Source of the DNA: Patescibacteria group bacterium
Lineage (GTDB): Bacteria; Patescibacteriota; Gracilibacteria; UBA4473
Assembly (NCBI GenBank): GCA_965660445.1
Contig: CBFIAK010000001.1
Coordinates: forward strand, 764,228-828,227
Direction of reading: 5' to 3'
DNA length: 64,000 nucleotides
Below are positions 19,227-29,659 of this stretch, piece after piece. The notes beneath the pieces were generated by a model. The model was not told the DNA's origin. It searched no databases and worked only from the letters and a program-made list of their open reading frames with translations. How positions within the stretch are numbered: the stretch's first letter is position 1; each line of letters opens with the position of its first letter. The position numbers were made by a program, and so were the translations under genes.

Positions 19227-21617
19227 TCAAGACGTTTTCCCCCGAAGTTGAGCTGATAAATTCTTTGAAAGTGCAGAAACAATCGATTCGAAATCTGATT
19301 CAACTTCAGTATCTCGAAGTGTTTTTTGAGAAGATCCGAATGTAAGATGAAACGAAAGATTTTTTATATTTTTTCCAATATGTGTTTCGTCTTCAAACTC
19401 ATCAAATAACTGGATATCTTGTATATATGAAGACGAAGAACGAATCACCTTCACAACATCACGCATATGCGTTCGAGATGGCACCAATATTGATATGTCT
19501 CGCAAAAACACAGGATACGCAGATATTGGCACATACTTTTTTTGAGGACTCGAGAGTGTCGACAATAATGGTTCGAGTTGTATTTCTGCACATACTAAAG
19601 AAGCATTTTGGATGGAATGCTTTTGTGGATGTATACAAAAAAGGTCTCCGATATGCACGTCTTGACACACAATACGAGCATGTTTATTCGGATGAGCATA
19701 TGGTAGTGGCGTTTTTGACGGTTCAAACTCAAATTCTTGCGACACAAAAGACGCCAGTGAATCAAGATGTGATCGAAGATCAAAAAACATATCTGTTTCG
19801 TCTTTTTGCATATCAGCCATAAAAACACAAAGACGTGGTTCTTCTCGAGGAGAAGTATTCGTTTGATTCAAAAACACACGCCCTATTTCAAAAAAGGCAA
19901 TACTTTTATGCGTTCTCAGTTCAGATTCAAGGTTTTTAATCATATTACTCACTAAGTTTGTACGTAAAAAAGCTTGTTGTGATGACAACGGGTTTTTAAT
20001 GCTCACAAACTCGTCTCCATTTTCTGAAAAGTCTTTATCTGCTTGGTTTGCAAACGAGTACTGAAACACTTCCAGAAACCCTGAAAGCGACCAAAAGTCT
20101 CGTAATTTCCATTCTAATGACCGCAATGGATATGGTGTCGGAACGCGAACTGGCAAAGAAGGAAGTTTTGAAGGAACCCGATCAAACCCATACAAACGCA
20201 CAATTTCCTCAATAATATCTTCTTCTAAAGCTATATCTTTTGTAGCTCGAAATGATGGCACTTGCACATGAAATCCTTTTTGAGTTTTTGTTCCCTCAAA
20301 ATCAAGACGAGAAAGAATCTGCATCATTTCATCATCAGTTATATCAGCAATACCGGAAACCAATCTCACTTTATCAGGGGAAATGTGTATATCAATGTTT
20401 GGAAACGGTTTTGGATAATGATCGGCTATTGATGAAGTAAAAACTTTATTGGGACATTGTTTTTCTAAAAACGCTAATGCTTTTAGAAGCGCTGGCATAC
20501 AATTGTTTGGATCAAGTGTTTTTTCGAATCGCATTGAACTTTCTGAACGAAGTCCGAGTCGAGCTGATGTTTTTCGAATACGTACTGGATCAAAATGGGC
20601 TGACTCAAAAACAATACTCGTTGTGTCTTTTGTAACGCTTGAGTGCATCCCTCCCATAATACCCGCAATAGACAGTACTTTTTCATCATCTGCAATAACG
20701 ATATCTGAAGGTTCTAGCTGATAAGTTTCTCCATCTAAAGCAAGAAGAGTTTCTCCTTTTTGTGCTTGTCGAACAGTTATTCCTCCTTGAATTTTCGAAG
20801 CATCAAACACATGCATTGGTTGACCATACTCTAAAAGAATAAGGTTTGTGATATCAACCAATGATGATATTGAACGCACTCCAAGTGTTTCAAGGCGAAC
20901 TGTTGTGCGCAAATCAGAAACATCATTACACACATTCGAAAGACTCACCGCACAAAACCGATGACAATAATCTGTATCTATACGAACAGGAAACGGATCA
21001 AGGGAGGTGTTATTTATTTCTGTTGGAACAGAATAAAACGGTATATTTTTTTTAACATTATAAAGAGCCGATAATTCACGAGCAAACCCATGAACGCCCC
21101 ACATATCAGGACGATGCGTTAAACTTTTATTATCAATATCAAGAAGTGTGTCTGCAAACAACGGTTCTGCTTCATACACAGGAATTCCAAGTGGAGTATC
21201 GGAAGGAAAAGTAATAAGTGCATCGGTTTTAAATCCAATTTCTGTTCCGACACAAATCATCCCTTCTGATATTTCGCCCCCCATGGTTCGTTTTTCGATT
21301 TTCATACCATTGGGAAGAATGGCTCCTTCAAGAGCCACAAAAACAATCATCTCTTTTTGAAGTGGAAGACTTTCTCCAAAAAGAATAGATCGAAGTCCAT
21401 GTGTATGAGTATCTACAACTGCTTTTTTAAGTGTTTCAGAATGTGGATGATCAACGATATCAAGTACTTTTCCAGTAACACAATGCTTAAACTGGTTTTG
21501 TAATGACACTACTTCTTCTAATTCACACGTATGGAGTGTTAATTTTTCACCAATGCAATGAGGATTTTCTTCAGGCACATCCACAAACTCACGAAGCCAA
21601 AGAAGCGAAACTTTCAT
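19227..21617 (-). CDS. pheT: Phenylalanine--tRNA ligase beta subunit
   Basis: MKVSLLWLREFV, DNKSLTHRPD, GQPMHVFD, SIAGIMGG, RFEK, EEIVRLYGFD, RDISIL; pheS is not adjacent. Confidence 0.96.
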   Translation of the reverse strand: MKVSLLWLREFVDVPEENPHCIGEKLTLHTCELEEVVSLQNQFKHCVTGKVLDIVDHPHSETLKKAVVDTHTHGLRSILFGESLPLQKEMIVFVALEGAILPNGMKIEKRTMGGEISEGMICVGTEIGFKTDALITFPSDTPLGIPVYEAEPLFADTLLDIDNKSLTHRPDMWGVHGFARELSALYNVKKNIPFYSVPTEINNTSLDPFPVRIDTDYCHRFCAVSLSNVCNDVSDLRTTVRLETLGVRSISSLVDITNLILLEYGQPMHVFDASKIQGGITVRQAQKGETLLALDGETYQLEPSDIVIADDEKVLSIAGIMGGMHSSVTKDTTSIVFESAHFDPVRIRKTSARLGLRSESSMRFEKTLDPNNCMPALLKALAFLEKQCPNKVFTSSIADHYPKPFPNIDIHISPDKVRLVSGIADITDDEMMQILSRLDFEGTKTQKGFHVQVPSFRATKDIALEEDIIEEIVRLYGFDRVPSKLPSLPVRVPTPYPLRSLEWKLRDFWSLSGFLEVFQYSFANQADKDFSENGDEFVSIKNPLSSQQAFLRTNLVSNMIKNLESELRTHKSIAFFEIGRVFLNQTNTSPREEPRLCVFMADMQKDETDMFFDLRSHLDSLASFVSQEFEFEPSKTPLPYAHPNKHARIVCQDVHIGDLFCIHPQKHSIQNASLVCAEIQLEPLLSTLSSPQKKYVPISAYPVFLRDISILVPSRTHMRDVVKVIRSSSSYIQDIQLFDEFEDETHIGKNIKNLSFHLTFGSSQKTLRDTEVESDFESIVSALSKNLSAQLRGKTS

Positions 21618-21705
21618 ACGAACAGTAATGTAGTAAAAAGCAAAGAAAGAATCAAGCAGAAGCCAATGGTTTTAAACACACTCAAGCTTCTCGAAAAAAG
21701 TTCTC

Positions 21706-23607
21706 TTATTTTTTTTGTTTTTGAAACGGCAACCGAAACACAAACTTTTTGTAATACCAATACCAAATCAGAGTCCCTACAAAAAGAATACTCACGCTCC
21801 AAATCCACACCCATTGGTTCATAAACCATCGATTATCTTCTTCATCACAGGCATCACCAATACCATCACTATCCATATCTTCTTGCCGAGGGTTTGAGAC
21901 ATCTACACAATTATCAAGACCATTCGCAATACCGTCTTGATCATTATCGTCACATACATCCCCTACTCCATCATCATTGAAATCTGCTTGGTTTGGGTTT
22001 GGAATATGAATACAGTTATCATCTATACCTTGTATACCATCACCGTCACTATCTTCACAAACATCCCCCACTCCGTTGTAATTAAAATCATTCTGATTCG
22101 GATTGAAAACTTGAATACAGTTATCACACACATCTCCTACTCCATCACTATCAGTATCTCGTTGGTCAGCATTCGGCACATAAAAACAATTATCAGTAAA
22201 ATCCAAAACACCATCCCGATCGAAATCGTGTTGCCGAGCATGATTTTCTCGGGCTTCACACGCATCACCTCTATTGGTATAATTTTGATCTTTTTGGTCA
22301 GGGTTGTAGATTTCACAGTTATCACACACGTCCCCTATCCCATCAAGATCTATATCTCGTTGGTCAGCATTCGATACATATGGACAATTATCAAGAACAT
22401 CTGGTACTCCATCTTCATCAAGATCAGAGTCACACGCATCCCCGGCCCCGTTATTATTCACATCTCGTTGATCTGGATTGGCTGTATACACGCAATTATC
22501 ACGAAGTCCGATGATACCATCTTCATCTGAATCTTCACACAAATCCCCTATTTCGTTTCCGTCTTTATCTTCTTGATACGGATTATAAATATCTCGGCAA
22601 TTATCAATACTATCACCTATTCCATCTCCATCGGTATCAATATCAAAAAAATGTCGTTCATTTGGGTTATAATCACAAGCATCTCCAAGTCCATCGCTAT
22701 CTACATCTTCTTGACGAGGATTCGGCACAAATGGACAATTATCTTTTTGGTTTAAAACTCCGTCCTTATCTAGATCTGATATAAAATGAGGATTTTCTTC
22801 AAGCACAGGATTATAAATAGGCGTTGCAATACTCACTCTATAAGGAGGAGGATTCGTGGTATTTCGATTATGAATCGCTGGAAAAAGTGTTTGAGGTTCA
22901 CAAGTATAGTTTTGATATATATGCACACCTGTTAAATCGTTCAGGCGAAGAAGATACGTATCTTTTTCTTGTTCCCATACTCGGATATCATGAACCATGA
23001 GACGATCCTGATCTTCTTCAAATGCGAAAGAAGTGATTGGTTCGAACTGAATAAGAAGATACCGAAACGCATGCTGTTCAGGATTTTTCACTTGCTGAAA
23101 ATTCTGATTGTCACTTGATACGAAATAATACGGCACATAATTACCTGAAAACTGAAGTCGAATAAACGTTTTTTGTGGATCAAGAATTCGTTTCATATCG
23201 AGTAATAATCGTGCCGGATATTCTCGCATAAACTGAAAAGAAAGAGCTGTTTGATAATTATTATCTTGGAGTGTTGCTGTTTGTAAAGAAGTGGTATTTC
23301 CTTGACTCCAAAGAGCTTGATAATTCACATTTGTTTGGATTCCTTTTTCTAAAAGACTGAGGGCTTGAATCGTATTTTGATGAACGAAGAAAAGGTCTGG
23401 GGAGGAATGAATATTTACTTTCACGGTTCCGTATTCTGTATTTTCAAAAAATGAATACTTCGAAAAACAAGCTTCATTCGCAACATCGTCCCATGTTTGA
23501 GCGTATACAATAGGAAAAAGAGCGCATAAAACAAAGCTTCCCCAGATAAATAACCGGAGTGTATACGCTTGAAAAAAGAGTTTATATGTTTGTGTTTGTC
23601 TTGTCAT
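21706..23607 (-). CDS. Surface protein with thrombospondin type-3 Ca-binding repeats and C-terminal TM anchor
   Basis: Many DNCxxxxNxxQxDxDxDGxGDxCD repeats; N-terminal hydrophobic signal; C-terminal TM plus basic tail. Confidence 0.88.
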   Translation of the reverse strand: MTRQTQTYKLFFQAYTLRLFIWGSFVLCALFPIVYAQTWDDVANEACFSKYSFFENTEYGTVKVNIHSSPDLFFVHQNTIQALSLLEKGIQTNVNYQALWSQGNTTSLQTATLQDNNYQTALSFQFMREYPARLLLDMKRILDPQKTFIRLQFSGNYVPYYFVSSDNQNFQQVKNPEQHAFRYLLIQFEPITSFAFEEDQDRLMVHDIRVWEQEKDTYLLRLNDLTGVHIYQNYTCEPQTLFPAIHNRNTTNPPPYRVSIATPIYNPVLEENPHFISDLDKDGVLNQKDNCPFVPNPRQEDVDSDGLGDACDYNPNERHFFDIDTDGDGIGDSIDNCRDIYNPYQEDKDGNEIGDLCEDSDEDGIIGLRDNCVYTANPDQRDVNNNGAGDACDSDLDEDGVPDVLDNCPYVSNADQRDIDLDGIGDVCDNCEIYNPDQKDQNYTNRGDACEARENHARQHDFDRDGVLDFTDNCFYVPNADQRDTDSDGVGDVCDNCIQVFNPNQNDFNYNGVGDVCEDSDGDGIQGIDDNCIHIPNPNQADFNDDGVGDVCDDNDQDGIANGLDNCVDVSNPRQEDMDSDGIGDACDEEDNRWFMNQWVWIWSVSILFVGTLIWYWYYKKFVFRLPFQKQKK

Positions 23608-23732
23608 TATCGCAACAATTATAGTATTTTATTGCAACGAGTGCAAAAAAGAAATGCATCACTTTTACTTGCCTCAAAAAATATTTATGCCTAGAATAAT
23701 TGGGAAGACTATTTCTTAATATTTGTATTCAC

Positions 23733-24284
23733 ATGGGATTCTTTTCAAAACTCTTTGGCATGAAGAAATCATGCTGTAAAAGCGAATCTTCGCATTCAGG
23801 ATGTTGTGGTTCTCACGCACCTCAACCCGAAAAAAAGTCATGTTGTGGTGGTGGCGGATGTCATTCTGCTCATGAGTCAAATGAATTAACAGAAGAAGAC
23901 CACGCCATTGTGCGGTCTTTAGACGACCGCATTCTCATTGGAAAAGTTCTTGAAGTATCAGCACACCCTGATGCAAAAATAACAAAAGTAAAAGTAACAA
24001 AAGTTGATGTAGGCCGTAGCGATCCGTTACAGGTTCTATGTGGTGGTATCAATGTTTCTGTGGGGCAGATTGTAGCTGTGGCATGTGTTGGATCTGAATT
24101 ATCAGACGATTTTTCTATAGAAGAACGAGATATTCGAGGTGTAAAAAGTTCTGGCATGATTTGCGCTCGATCGGAGCTTGGTATTTCTGCTGGAAACGAA
24201 AAAAAAGGAGAAATCTGGTCACTTCCATCACAATACGAAGCATCTGTTGGAAAACCACTACGAGATATGGTGGAAGCGCAGTGA
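23733..24284 (+). CDS. tRNA-binding OB-fold protein (PheT-B2/YtpR-like) with Cys/His-rich N-terminus
   Basis: IGKVLEVSAHPDA, VDVG..LQVLCGG.NV, RGVKSSGMICARSELG; leader SCCK..GCCGSH..SCCGGGGCHSAH. Confidence 0.8.
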   Translation: MGFFSKLFGMKKSCCKSESSHSGCCGSHAPQPEKKSCCGGGGCHSAHESNELTEEDHAIVRSLDDRILIGKVLEVSAHPDAKITKVKVTKVDVGRSDPLQVLCGGINVSVGQIVAVACVGSELSDDFSIEERDIRGVKSSGMICARSELGISAGNEKKGEIWSLPSQYEASVGKPLRDMVEAQ

Positions 24285-24415
24285 AGGCTCCGATTTCAGA
24301 ATTAGAAATTATGGGGAATCGCAGGAATCACGAGGTGGTGCACAGCCTTGTGATTTTTGTGTTACTTGTGATTCATTCCAGATTCAAGATTCAAAATTCC
24401 AGATTCCAACTTTGA
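24273..24415. repeat. Modular intergenic repeat locus L1
   Basis: GAAGCGCAGTGAAG head, GAATTA heptamers, 30-bp palindrome at 24326-24355, AGATTC heptamers. Confidence 0.85.
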
Positions 24416-24473
24416 TTGACGCTCTTGATATTTCTTCTTTTTTATAGTATAATAATATGATAATAAACCATCT

Positions 24474-26255
24474 ATGCTCATCTCTTTTCCTATGGAATAT
24501 TCCCTCTCCCGATTCATTTTTCAACACCAATCTCCTGAAAAAAATGTAGATACAACTTCACAACCTCTAGAACAGACACAAGAACAAAAAATTCAAAAAA
24601 TTGTTGATACCATTATTCAGCTTCACCAAGAAAGTTTCACACAAAACAAAAACATCATTCAAAAAATCCTTGATGAAGAACTCGAACCACTGCTTGAAAC
24701 TTTAGAAAGTAATTCTGAAATTCATAAAGCGGTACAAGACCTAAAAAATCTTTCTTATAACGTAGAGATACTCCTCCAAGAAAAAAATAAAACCATCACA
24801 ATAGATGTTTTAGACCCAGAGAAAACAGGTGTTGTTTATCAATACTTGTCGGATGACCATACTCGGTTTATACCCGATGAAGGTCTTCTTCTCAATGGAG
24901 AAATAATTCAACGTGCTGATGTGATAAAAACTGATTTCCAAAAAATGAAAGTGTCTGATCTCACTCCTCAAAGTATTCAAGATGCTATCACAGAAGCTCT
25001 ATCTACTCAGTCTCTTGACGGAACCATGCCTTCTTCAGAAGAAATTCGTTTTCTTCTTCATGCTATCCACACAGGAGAAGCAAACATACAAACACTCCAA
25101 TCAATCCTTAAAAAAATTGATACCAGACTCAATAATACCCTTGATCAAAACCAAGGTATTGATGGAAAATACGGATACGCCACTTCTGAAGCTGTTCAAA
25201 AACTAAGTCTGACCCTCAGTAAATTCCTGTCTCGGGAAATAAATGTAGCTCCCAATACTTTTGAAATTGAAAAACAAAAAGAGATTCAAGAAAAAGCAGA
25301 AAAAAGATCTCAATATAATCATATCTTTTACATAATAGATGCAAGTGCTAGTAACCAGAAAAATATAAAAATAGGATTAGATATTATAAAAAGATCTAAA
25401 TTATTAAATAAAAATTCAAAAATAGAGATACATAGTTTTGAAAACATTTATTCAAAGGATAAAAATAAAGAGAATATTGCACAAGAATGTCTCAGATTTA
25501 TACAAAAAATCAAAGAACATATTGAAGATAAAAAAATAGATGGAAAAGAACCAGTTCTTCTCATACTCCAAACCGACACTGATATGGATAGTCCTTTACA
25601 AGGTTTTGATATAAATACAATAAATGAAATTAATACACTTATAAAAGATACGAATATAATCATAGAGTTTGAGAGACGAACAACGAGTGGTCATTACCAT
25701 AGCACAACTTCATTTCAAGAACTCTATACATCTTATAAAGAACAAAAAGAACTTGTAACATCACTTATTAGAATAGATGAAATAGAACAAGAATTTAAAA
25801 AACGTTTTAAAAAATCCATGATAGAAAAATTTGGAACGAGTACTGTATACAATTACAGTATACAAAATTTCGATAAAGAATATAAAGAAAGCAATAGGAG
25901 AGAAGGATCAGAAGGTGATATAGTAAACATTTATTATAATTCATTTAGGGCTTATAATAATTTTACAAATTTCATACAAAAAGAAATAAATAATTTAAAT
26001 CGTAGTGAATTCGTCGTAACACATGAATCAAAAAAGTATCAAGCACTACTAAATGAATACAAAAAACTACAAGAAGCTATAATAAAACAATATGAAAATC
26101 CTTATGCTGGTGAAGTAAATGCAAGAAAGGAAATTGGATTTACAATGACAACAAAAACAGAATTTGATACAAATAACAGAAATAAAAGAAATAAAAGAAA
26201 ACAATATTTCAATTTTTATCCGCAATTTACTCAATTCAAAAAATCAACGCAATAA
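24474..26255 (+). CDS. Hypothetical protein with PG-binding-like and vWA-like motifs
   Basis: GIDGKYGYATSEAVQKL resembles PG_binding_1; FYIIDASAS is DxSxS-like; alternative start at 24492. Confidence 0.55.
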   Translation: MLISFPMEYSLSRFIFQHQSPEKNVDTTSQPLEQTQEQKIQKIVDTIIQLHQESFTQNKNIIQKILDEELEPLLETLESNSEIHKAVQDLKNLSYNVEILLQEKNKTITIDVLDPEKTGVVYQYLSDDHTRFIPDEGLLLNGEIIQRADVIKTDFQKMKVSDLTPQSIQDAITEALSTQSLDGTMPSSEEIRFLLHAIHTGEANIQTLQSILKKIDTRLNNTLDQNQGIDGKYGYATSEAVQKLSLTLSKFLSREINVAPNTFEIEKQKEIQEKAEKRSQYNHIFYIIDASASNQKNIKIGLDIIKRSKLLNKNSKIEIHSFENIYSKDKNKENIAQECLRFIQKIKEHIEDKKIDGKEPVLLILQTDTDMDSPLQGFDINTINEINTLIKDTNIIIEFERRTTSGHYHSTTSFQELYTSYKEQKELVTSLIRIDEIEQEFKKRFKKSMIEKFGTSTVYNYSIQNFDKEYKESNRREGSEGDIVNIYYNSFRAYNNFTNFIQKEINNLNRSEFVVTHESKKYQALLNEYKKLQEAIIKQYENPYAGEVNARKEIGFTMTTKTEFDTNNRNKRNKRKQYFNFYPQFTQFKKSTQ

Positions 26256-27865
26256 TGTTCATCCCTATAGATATCGACAACGGATTCGAAAAACAAAAGG
26301 AAACAGAAATAAATACACGATCTATTCCGATAGTACAACAAGTTTCTGAAGATTTCAAAACTCAATATCTTGATACCATTAAAGATAAAGATGGAAATTC
26401 TATTGAATTAGAAGACGCAAGTTGTGAAAATTGTGTAAGAATGAATGGGTTAAGTTCATCTGAGAAAAAAGAATTAGACGAGTTACTGAATAAACAAGAA
26501 ATAAATGAAATCGATCAAGCGATAAGAATTGCAAGTGAATCATCATTTTTTTATGACTACATAGCCTCTGAAGAAGTACAAAGATATTTCTCGAATCCTG
26601 ATTTTCAGAAACATTTACTTCTTACAATGATTTCTAAAAAACACTACGGTCCGGTTCTTTCAACTATTCCATATATAGATTTCCCTGGGAAGATGGAAAT
26701 ATTCTCAAAAGCCTGTGCTGAGATAGAAGTTAATATTGGAGGTGCATTAGATAGTTTTGAATCTCTCTATAAAAATAAAAAAATAACTCTTGAAGAACAC
26801 GAAAAACTTAAAAACATACTCCTTTCAAAAAAAGGAGATTTTCGTTCTTTACTTGCTCAAAGTGAAGATAATACATTCTCTTTATTTCAAGCTCATCCTG
26901 CTTACAATTTTGCAGTTCAATACAAATCGCACATAGAAAACGTTTTGCAAACCAATACCGATATTGCTCAATACTATGACCTCGACAAAAAACGTCAACG
27001 CGAAGAAATAATTTTCCTTATCGCCGAAAACTTGTTTCACAAAGGTATCACTCAAAATATCGATGACACCATCATTGAAGAATGTATTCAAGATTTTCTT
27101 CAGTTTCGACACAAATATGAAGACATGACTCTTTTTGAAGACCGAAACGTTTTATTGATTGCCAGTAACGAAGAGAGATTAGAAGAAGATGAACGTGGTG
27201 AGGATCAACACACTGGTGAGTTTCGGTTTGGACAAGAAAAAACGATTAAAATGATGAAAAAACAAGCTGATGATTTTGATATTCTCCGTCCAGCAGATCT
27301 TAGCATGAAAACCGCCAAAGAAGAACTCAAACAAAAAATTATCAATGCGCCTAAAAACACAACATTTGTATTTGCTGGTCATGGAGGAACATGGAAAAAT
27401 GGAAGTATAAGTTTTGGTGAATACAAAGAATCAAAAAAAATTGATTGGTTTATTTTTGATACTGATGAAATGGTTGATGCTTTTGTGGAGCGATACCAAA
27501 AACATAATAATATTTCGAAAGACAATCCCGATATAATTATTTTTTCGAGTTGTTACAACAACAATATTTATCATCGCTTCATTGAGATACTAAAACAAAA
27601 AATGCCCAATGCTCCTTTGCCAATCGGAGTTCTTCCCGCAGAGTTTGGACAAGTACTGATCGATACCGACACACAATACGACCATGATATTTTTTTAAAC
27701 CTTGAAAAAAAATACGGTGAAAAACATGATATAAAACTCAAAGACATTTTTGATATCGAGTTTGATCCCCATACCCCAGATAACCCTTCGATCTATATCC
27801 CCCATCAAGGAAATATTCAGAAGATAGCAGTAAATTTGGATAAATCTCCAAATTTAGAATCTTGA
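26255..27865 (+). CDS. Hypothetical protein with possible caspase/CHAT-fold His-Cys dyad
   Basis: Translationally coupled (TAATG); TTFVFAGHGG ... DIIIFSSCY. Confidence 0.55.
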   Translation: MFIPIDIDNGFEKQKETEINTRSIPIVQQVSEDFKTQYLDTIKDKDGNSIELEDASCENCVRMNGLSSSEKKELDELLNKQEINEIDQAIRIASESSFFYDYIASEEVQRYFSNPDFQKHLLLTMISKKHYGPVLSTIPYIDFPGKMEIFSKACAEIEVNIGGALDSFESLYKNKKITLEEHEKLKNILLSKKGDFRSLLAQSEDNTFSLFQAHPAYNFAVQYKSHIENVLQTNTDIAQYYDLDKKRQREEIIFLIAENLFHKGITQNIDDTIIEECIQDFLQFRHKYEDMTLFEDRNVLLIASNEERLEEDERGEDQHTGEFRFGQEKTIKMMKKQADDFDILRPADLSMKTAKEELKQKIINAPKNTTFVFAGHGGTWKNGSISFGEYKESKKIDWFIFDTDEMVDAFVERYQKHNNISKDNPDIIIFSSCYNNNIYHRFIEILKQKMPNAPLPIGVLPAEFGQVLIDTDTQYDHDIFLNLEKKYGEKHDIKLKDIFDIEFDPHTPDNPSIYIPHQGNIQKIAVNLDKSPNLES

Positions 27866-28048
27866 ATCTCGAATCTGGAATCTTGTTCCCATCGCAGAAG
27901 CGCAGTGAAGTCTTCGACTTCAGAAGCATGAATTAAGAATTATGAATTATGAGGAATCGCAGGAATCACAAGGTGGTGCAAAGCCTTGTGATTTTTGTGC
28001 TCCCTGTGATTCATTCCAGATTCCGGATTCTAGATTCCAGATTCTAAC
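27843..28048. repeat. Modular intergenic repeat locus L2
   Basis: AATCTCCAAATTTA, (GAATCTN)n, TGAAGTCttcGACTTCA hairpin, (GAATTAN)n, palindrome 27964-27993, (NAGATTC)n. Confidence 0.88.
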
Positions 28049-28073
28049 TTTTTCCTATTCTCATTTCTCTTCG

Positions 28074-28101
28074 TTGACAATGGAAATGACTTCATTAGTA
28101 T
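28074..28101 (+). promoter_or_regulatory. Sigma70-like promoter with operator-like palindrome upstream of TA module
   Basis: TTGACA (28074) - 16 nt - TAGTAT; AATGA-CT-TCATT in the spacer. Confidence 0.5.
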
Positions 28102-28106
28102 AAAAA

Positions 28107-28274
28107 ATGATGAAAACAAACCAAGATATTTCTTATACGATTGAAAAGAAAGGACATCAAGAATACATTGTTATTCCTCTTCATCTTTTCGAGGAAAACT
28201 CATTAGAAGATTTACATGATATTCTTTTTGCGAAACACCAACTCAAAACACAAGATTTTGTGCCATTCCAATAA
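28107..28274 (+). CDS. Putative type II antitoxin (55 aa)
   Basis: Manual translation MMKTNQDISYTIEKKGHQEYIVIPLHLFEENSLEDLHDILFAKHQLKTQDFVPFQ; TAATG overlap with the downstream RelE-like frame. Confidence 0.65.
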   Translation: MMKTNQDISYTIEKKGHQEYIVIPLHLFEENSLEDLHDILFAKHQLKTQDFVPFQ

Positions 28275-28537
28275 TGTATAGTCTTTTTATAGCGAAAAAT
28301 ACTCAAAAGAAACTTCTTAAAATAAATAAAAAAGAGAACAAAAAATACAAATCGACATTTTGTCTTTGCGTTATTTTCCGGATGTAAAAAACATCAAAAA
28401 AACTAACCTCACAGGAGCCATTTTGGAGAATGAAATCAGGCACGTATCGCATTATTCTTGTTGTTGATACAAAGTTAGAACAAATACAAATAACACATAT
28501 TCGGAAGCGCAGTGAAAAGACATATAAATCTTTATAG
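28274..28537 (+). pseudogene. RelE/ParE-family toxin interrupted by two compensating poly-A indels (in-frame TAA at 28385)
   Basis: N-terminus MYSLFIAKNTQKKLLKI and C-terminus KKLTSQEPFWRMKSGTYRIILVVD..IQITHIRKRSEKTY are in one frame; the middle IQIDILSLRYFPDVKNI is in another. Confidence 0.7.
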
Positions 28538-28558
28538 GAGAGAAAAAAACAAAAAAAA

Positions 28559-28586
28559 ATCCGATGCAATATATATTGCATCGGAT
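28559..28586. terminator. 28-bp perfect palindrome between convergent genes
   Basis: atccgatgcaatat|atattgcatcggat preceded by an A-run. Confidence 0.65.
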
Positions 28587-28610
28587 AATTGAGTTATAAA
28601 ACAAATCGTC

Positions 28611-29513
28611 TTATGAAGACACTTTTACAAACCGAAAGGTTTGTGAAGCGTTTTTGATAGTCAGGCGCACAAAGTATATACCCGCTGGGTATGTGTGAGT
28701 ATGTATGGGTATATGGAATTGAGTTCCAGAAACCATAAATGACTCTTTTGTGTTTCCCATTATATCAACAATTTCAAGAGATATTGTTTCAAATTGTTTG
28801 AGTTGTATGTCCATATACCCGAAATCATTCATCGGGTTTGGATACACCTGTGGTACTTTCACTGTAAATGACGCTACAGAATTTGTAGGGTCATAAATCG
28901 TGATTTCAATGGCACTATCGTCTAAGTCTTGGCGAAGCGCGTTTTTATGCGAAAGAGTAAGGGTTTCATTCCCTACTTTTATCGCACGAAACGTAGCTGA
29001 AGACTGTGTGTAGTTTATGAGTTCTATGTTTCCGTTTTGAGCGAGAAACGTCGGAACCCATGAAGTCATTTTATCTGTATCACCCTTCAAAGTGACAGTA
29101 AACTCATCACCGACTCGAATAGAATCAGGCAGAGAACTTGGATCAAGTGTTGGAATCTCTAAAGACTCCACATACTTCACCAATATGTAATCCATGGCAA
29201 ACGCATCTTCTATACCGTTTATAGAAACGGAGTAGGCTACAAGTCTACTGTTTAATGCTTGTGTACCTGGATTTTGAGAATAATCCGCATGAAGTTTGCT
29301 TTTTTCTGGAAACAGAACTTCATTAAGAAAAAAGCTTTCTCCCCCTGTATACAAAACATTACCTGTATTTTCATCGTTCCATCCCGGAAATACTTGTATA
29401 CGACGAGTAACACCCGCTTCTATTGTAAGGGTGTCTGGTCGAGTTTGTGTTTGCGCATAAAGCGATGTGATACTGGAAAGTATCAGTATAAGAGATATAA
29501 GAATATAGCGCAT
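28611..29513 (-). CDS. Secreted protein with T9SS type-A (Por) C-terminal sorting-like domain
   Basis: Signal peptide; C-terminal VYPNP...LEIVDIMG...YPAGIYFVRL...TFRFVK; AAGGAG Shine-Dalgarno. Confidence 0.78.
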   Translation of the reverse strand: MRYILISLILILSSITSLYAQTQTRPDTLTIEAGVTRRIQVFPGWNDENTGNVLYTGGESFFLNEVLFPEKSKLHADYSQNPGTQALNSRLVAYSVSINGIEDAFAMDYILVKYVESLEIPTLDPSSLPDSIRVGDEFTVTLKGDTDKMTSWVPTFLAQNGNIELINYTQSSATFRAIKVGNETLTLSHKNALRQDLDDSAIEITIYDPTNSVASFTVKVPQVYPNPMNDFGYMDIQLKQFETISLEIVDIMGNTKESFMVSGTQFHIPIHTHTYPAGIYFVRLTIKNASQTFRFVKVSS

Positions 29514-29659
29514 AATGCACTCCTTTTGAATTAGTTTTTAAAAATTTTATTTTCAATTTTTGTGTCTCAAATCACGATTTGTGTCAAAGAACTGCATCAA
29601 ATATACAATGTTTTCTTGTTTATGTCAAATTGAATTAGAATCTAGATTCCATATTCCGT

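Noticed and set aside
21706-23607. TSP3 repeats as eukaryotic DNA or contamination
   Set aside because: Bacterial TSP3-repeat surface proteins are common, and the gene matches its neighbours in composition.
28504-28516. GAAGCGCAGTGAA repeat head inside the relE-like pseudogene
   Set aside because: It encodes the expected RKRSE C-terminal motif and lacks other modules; probably coincidental.
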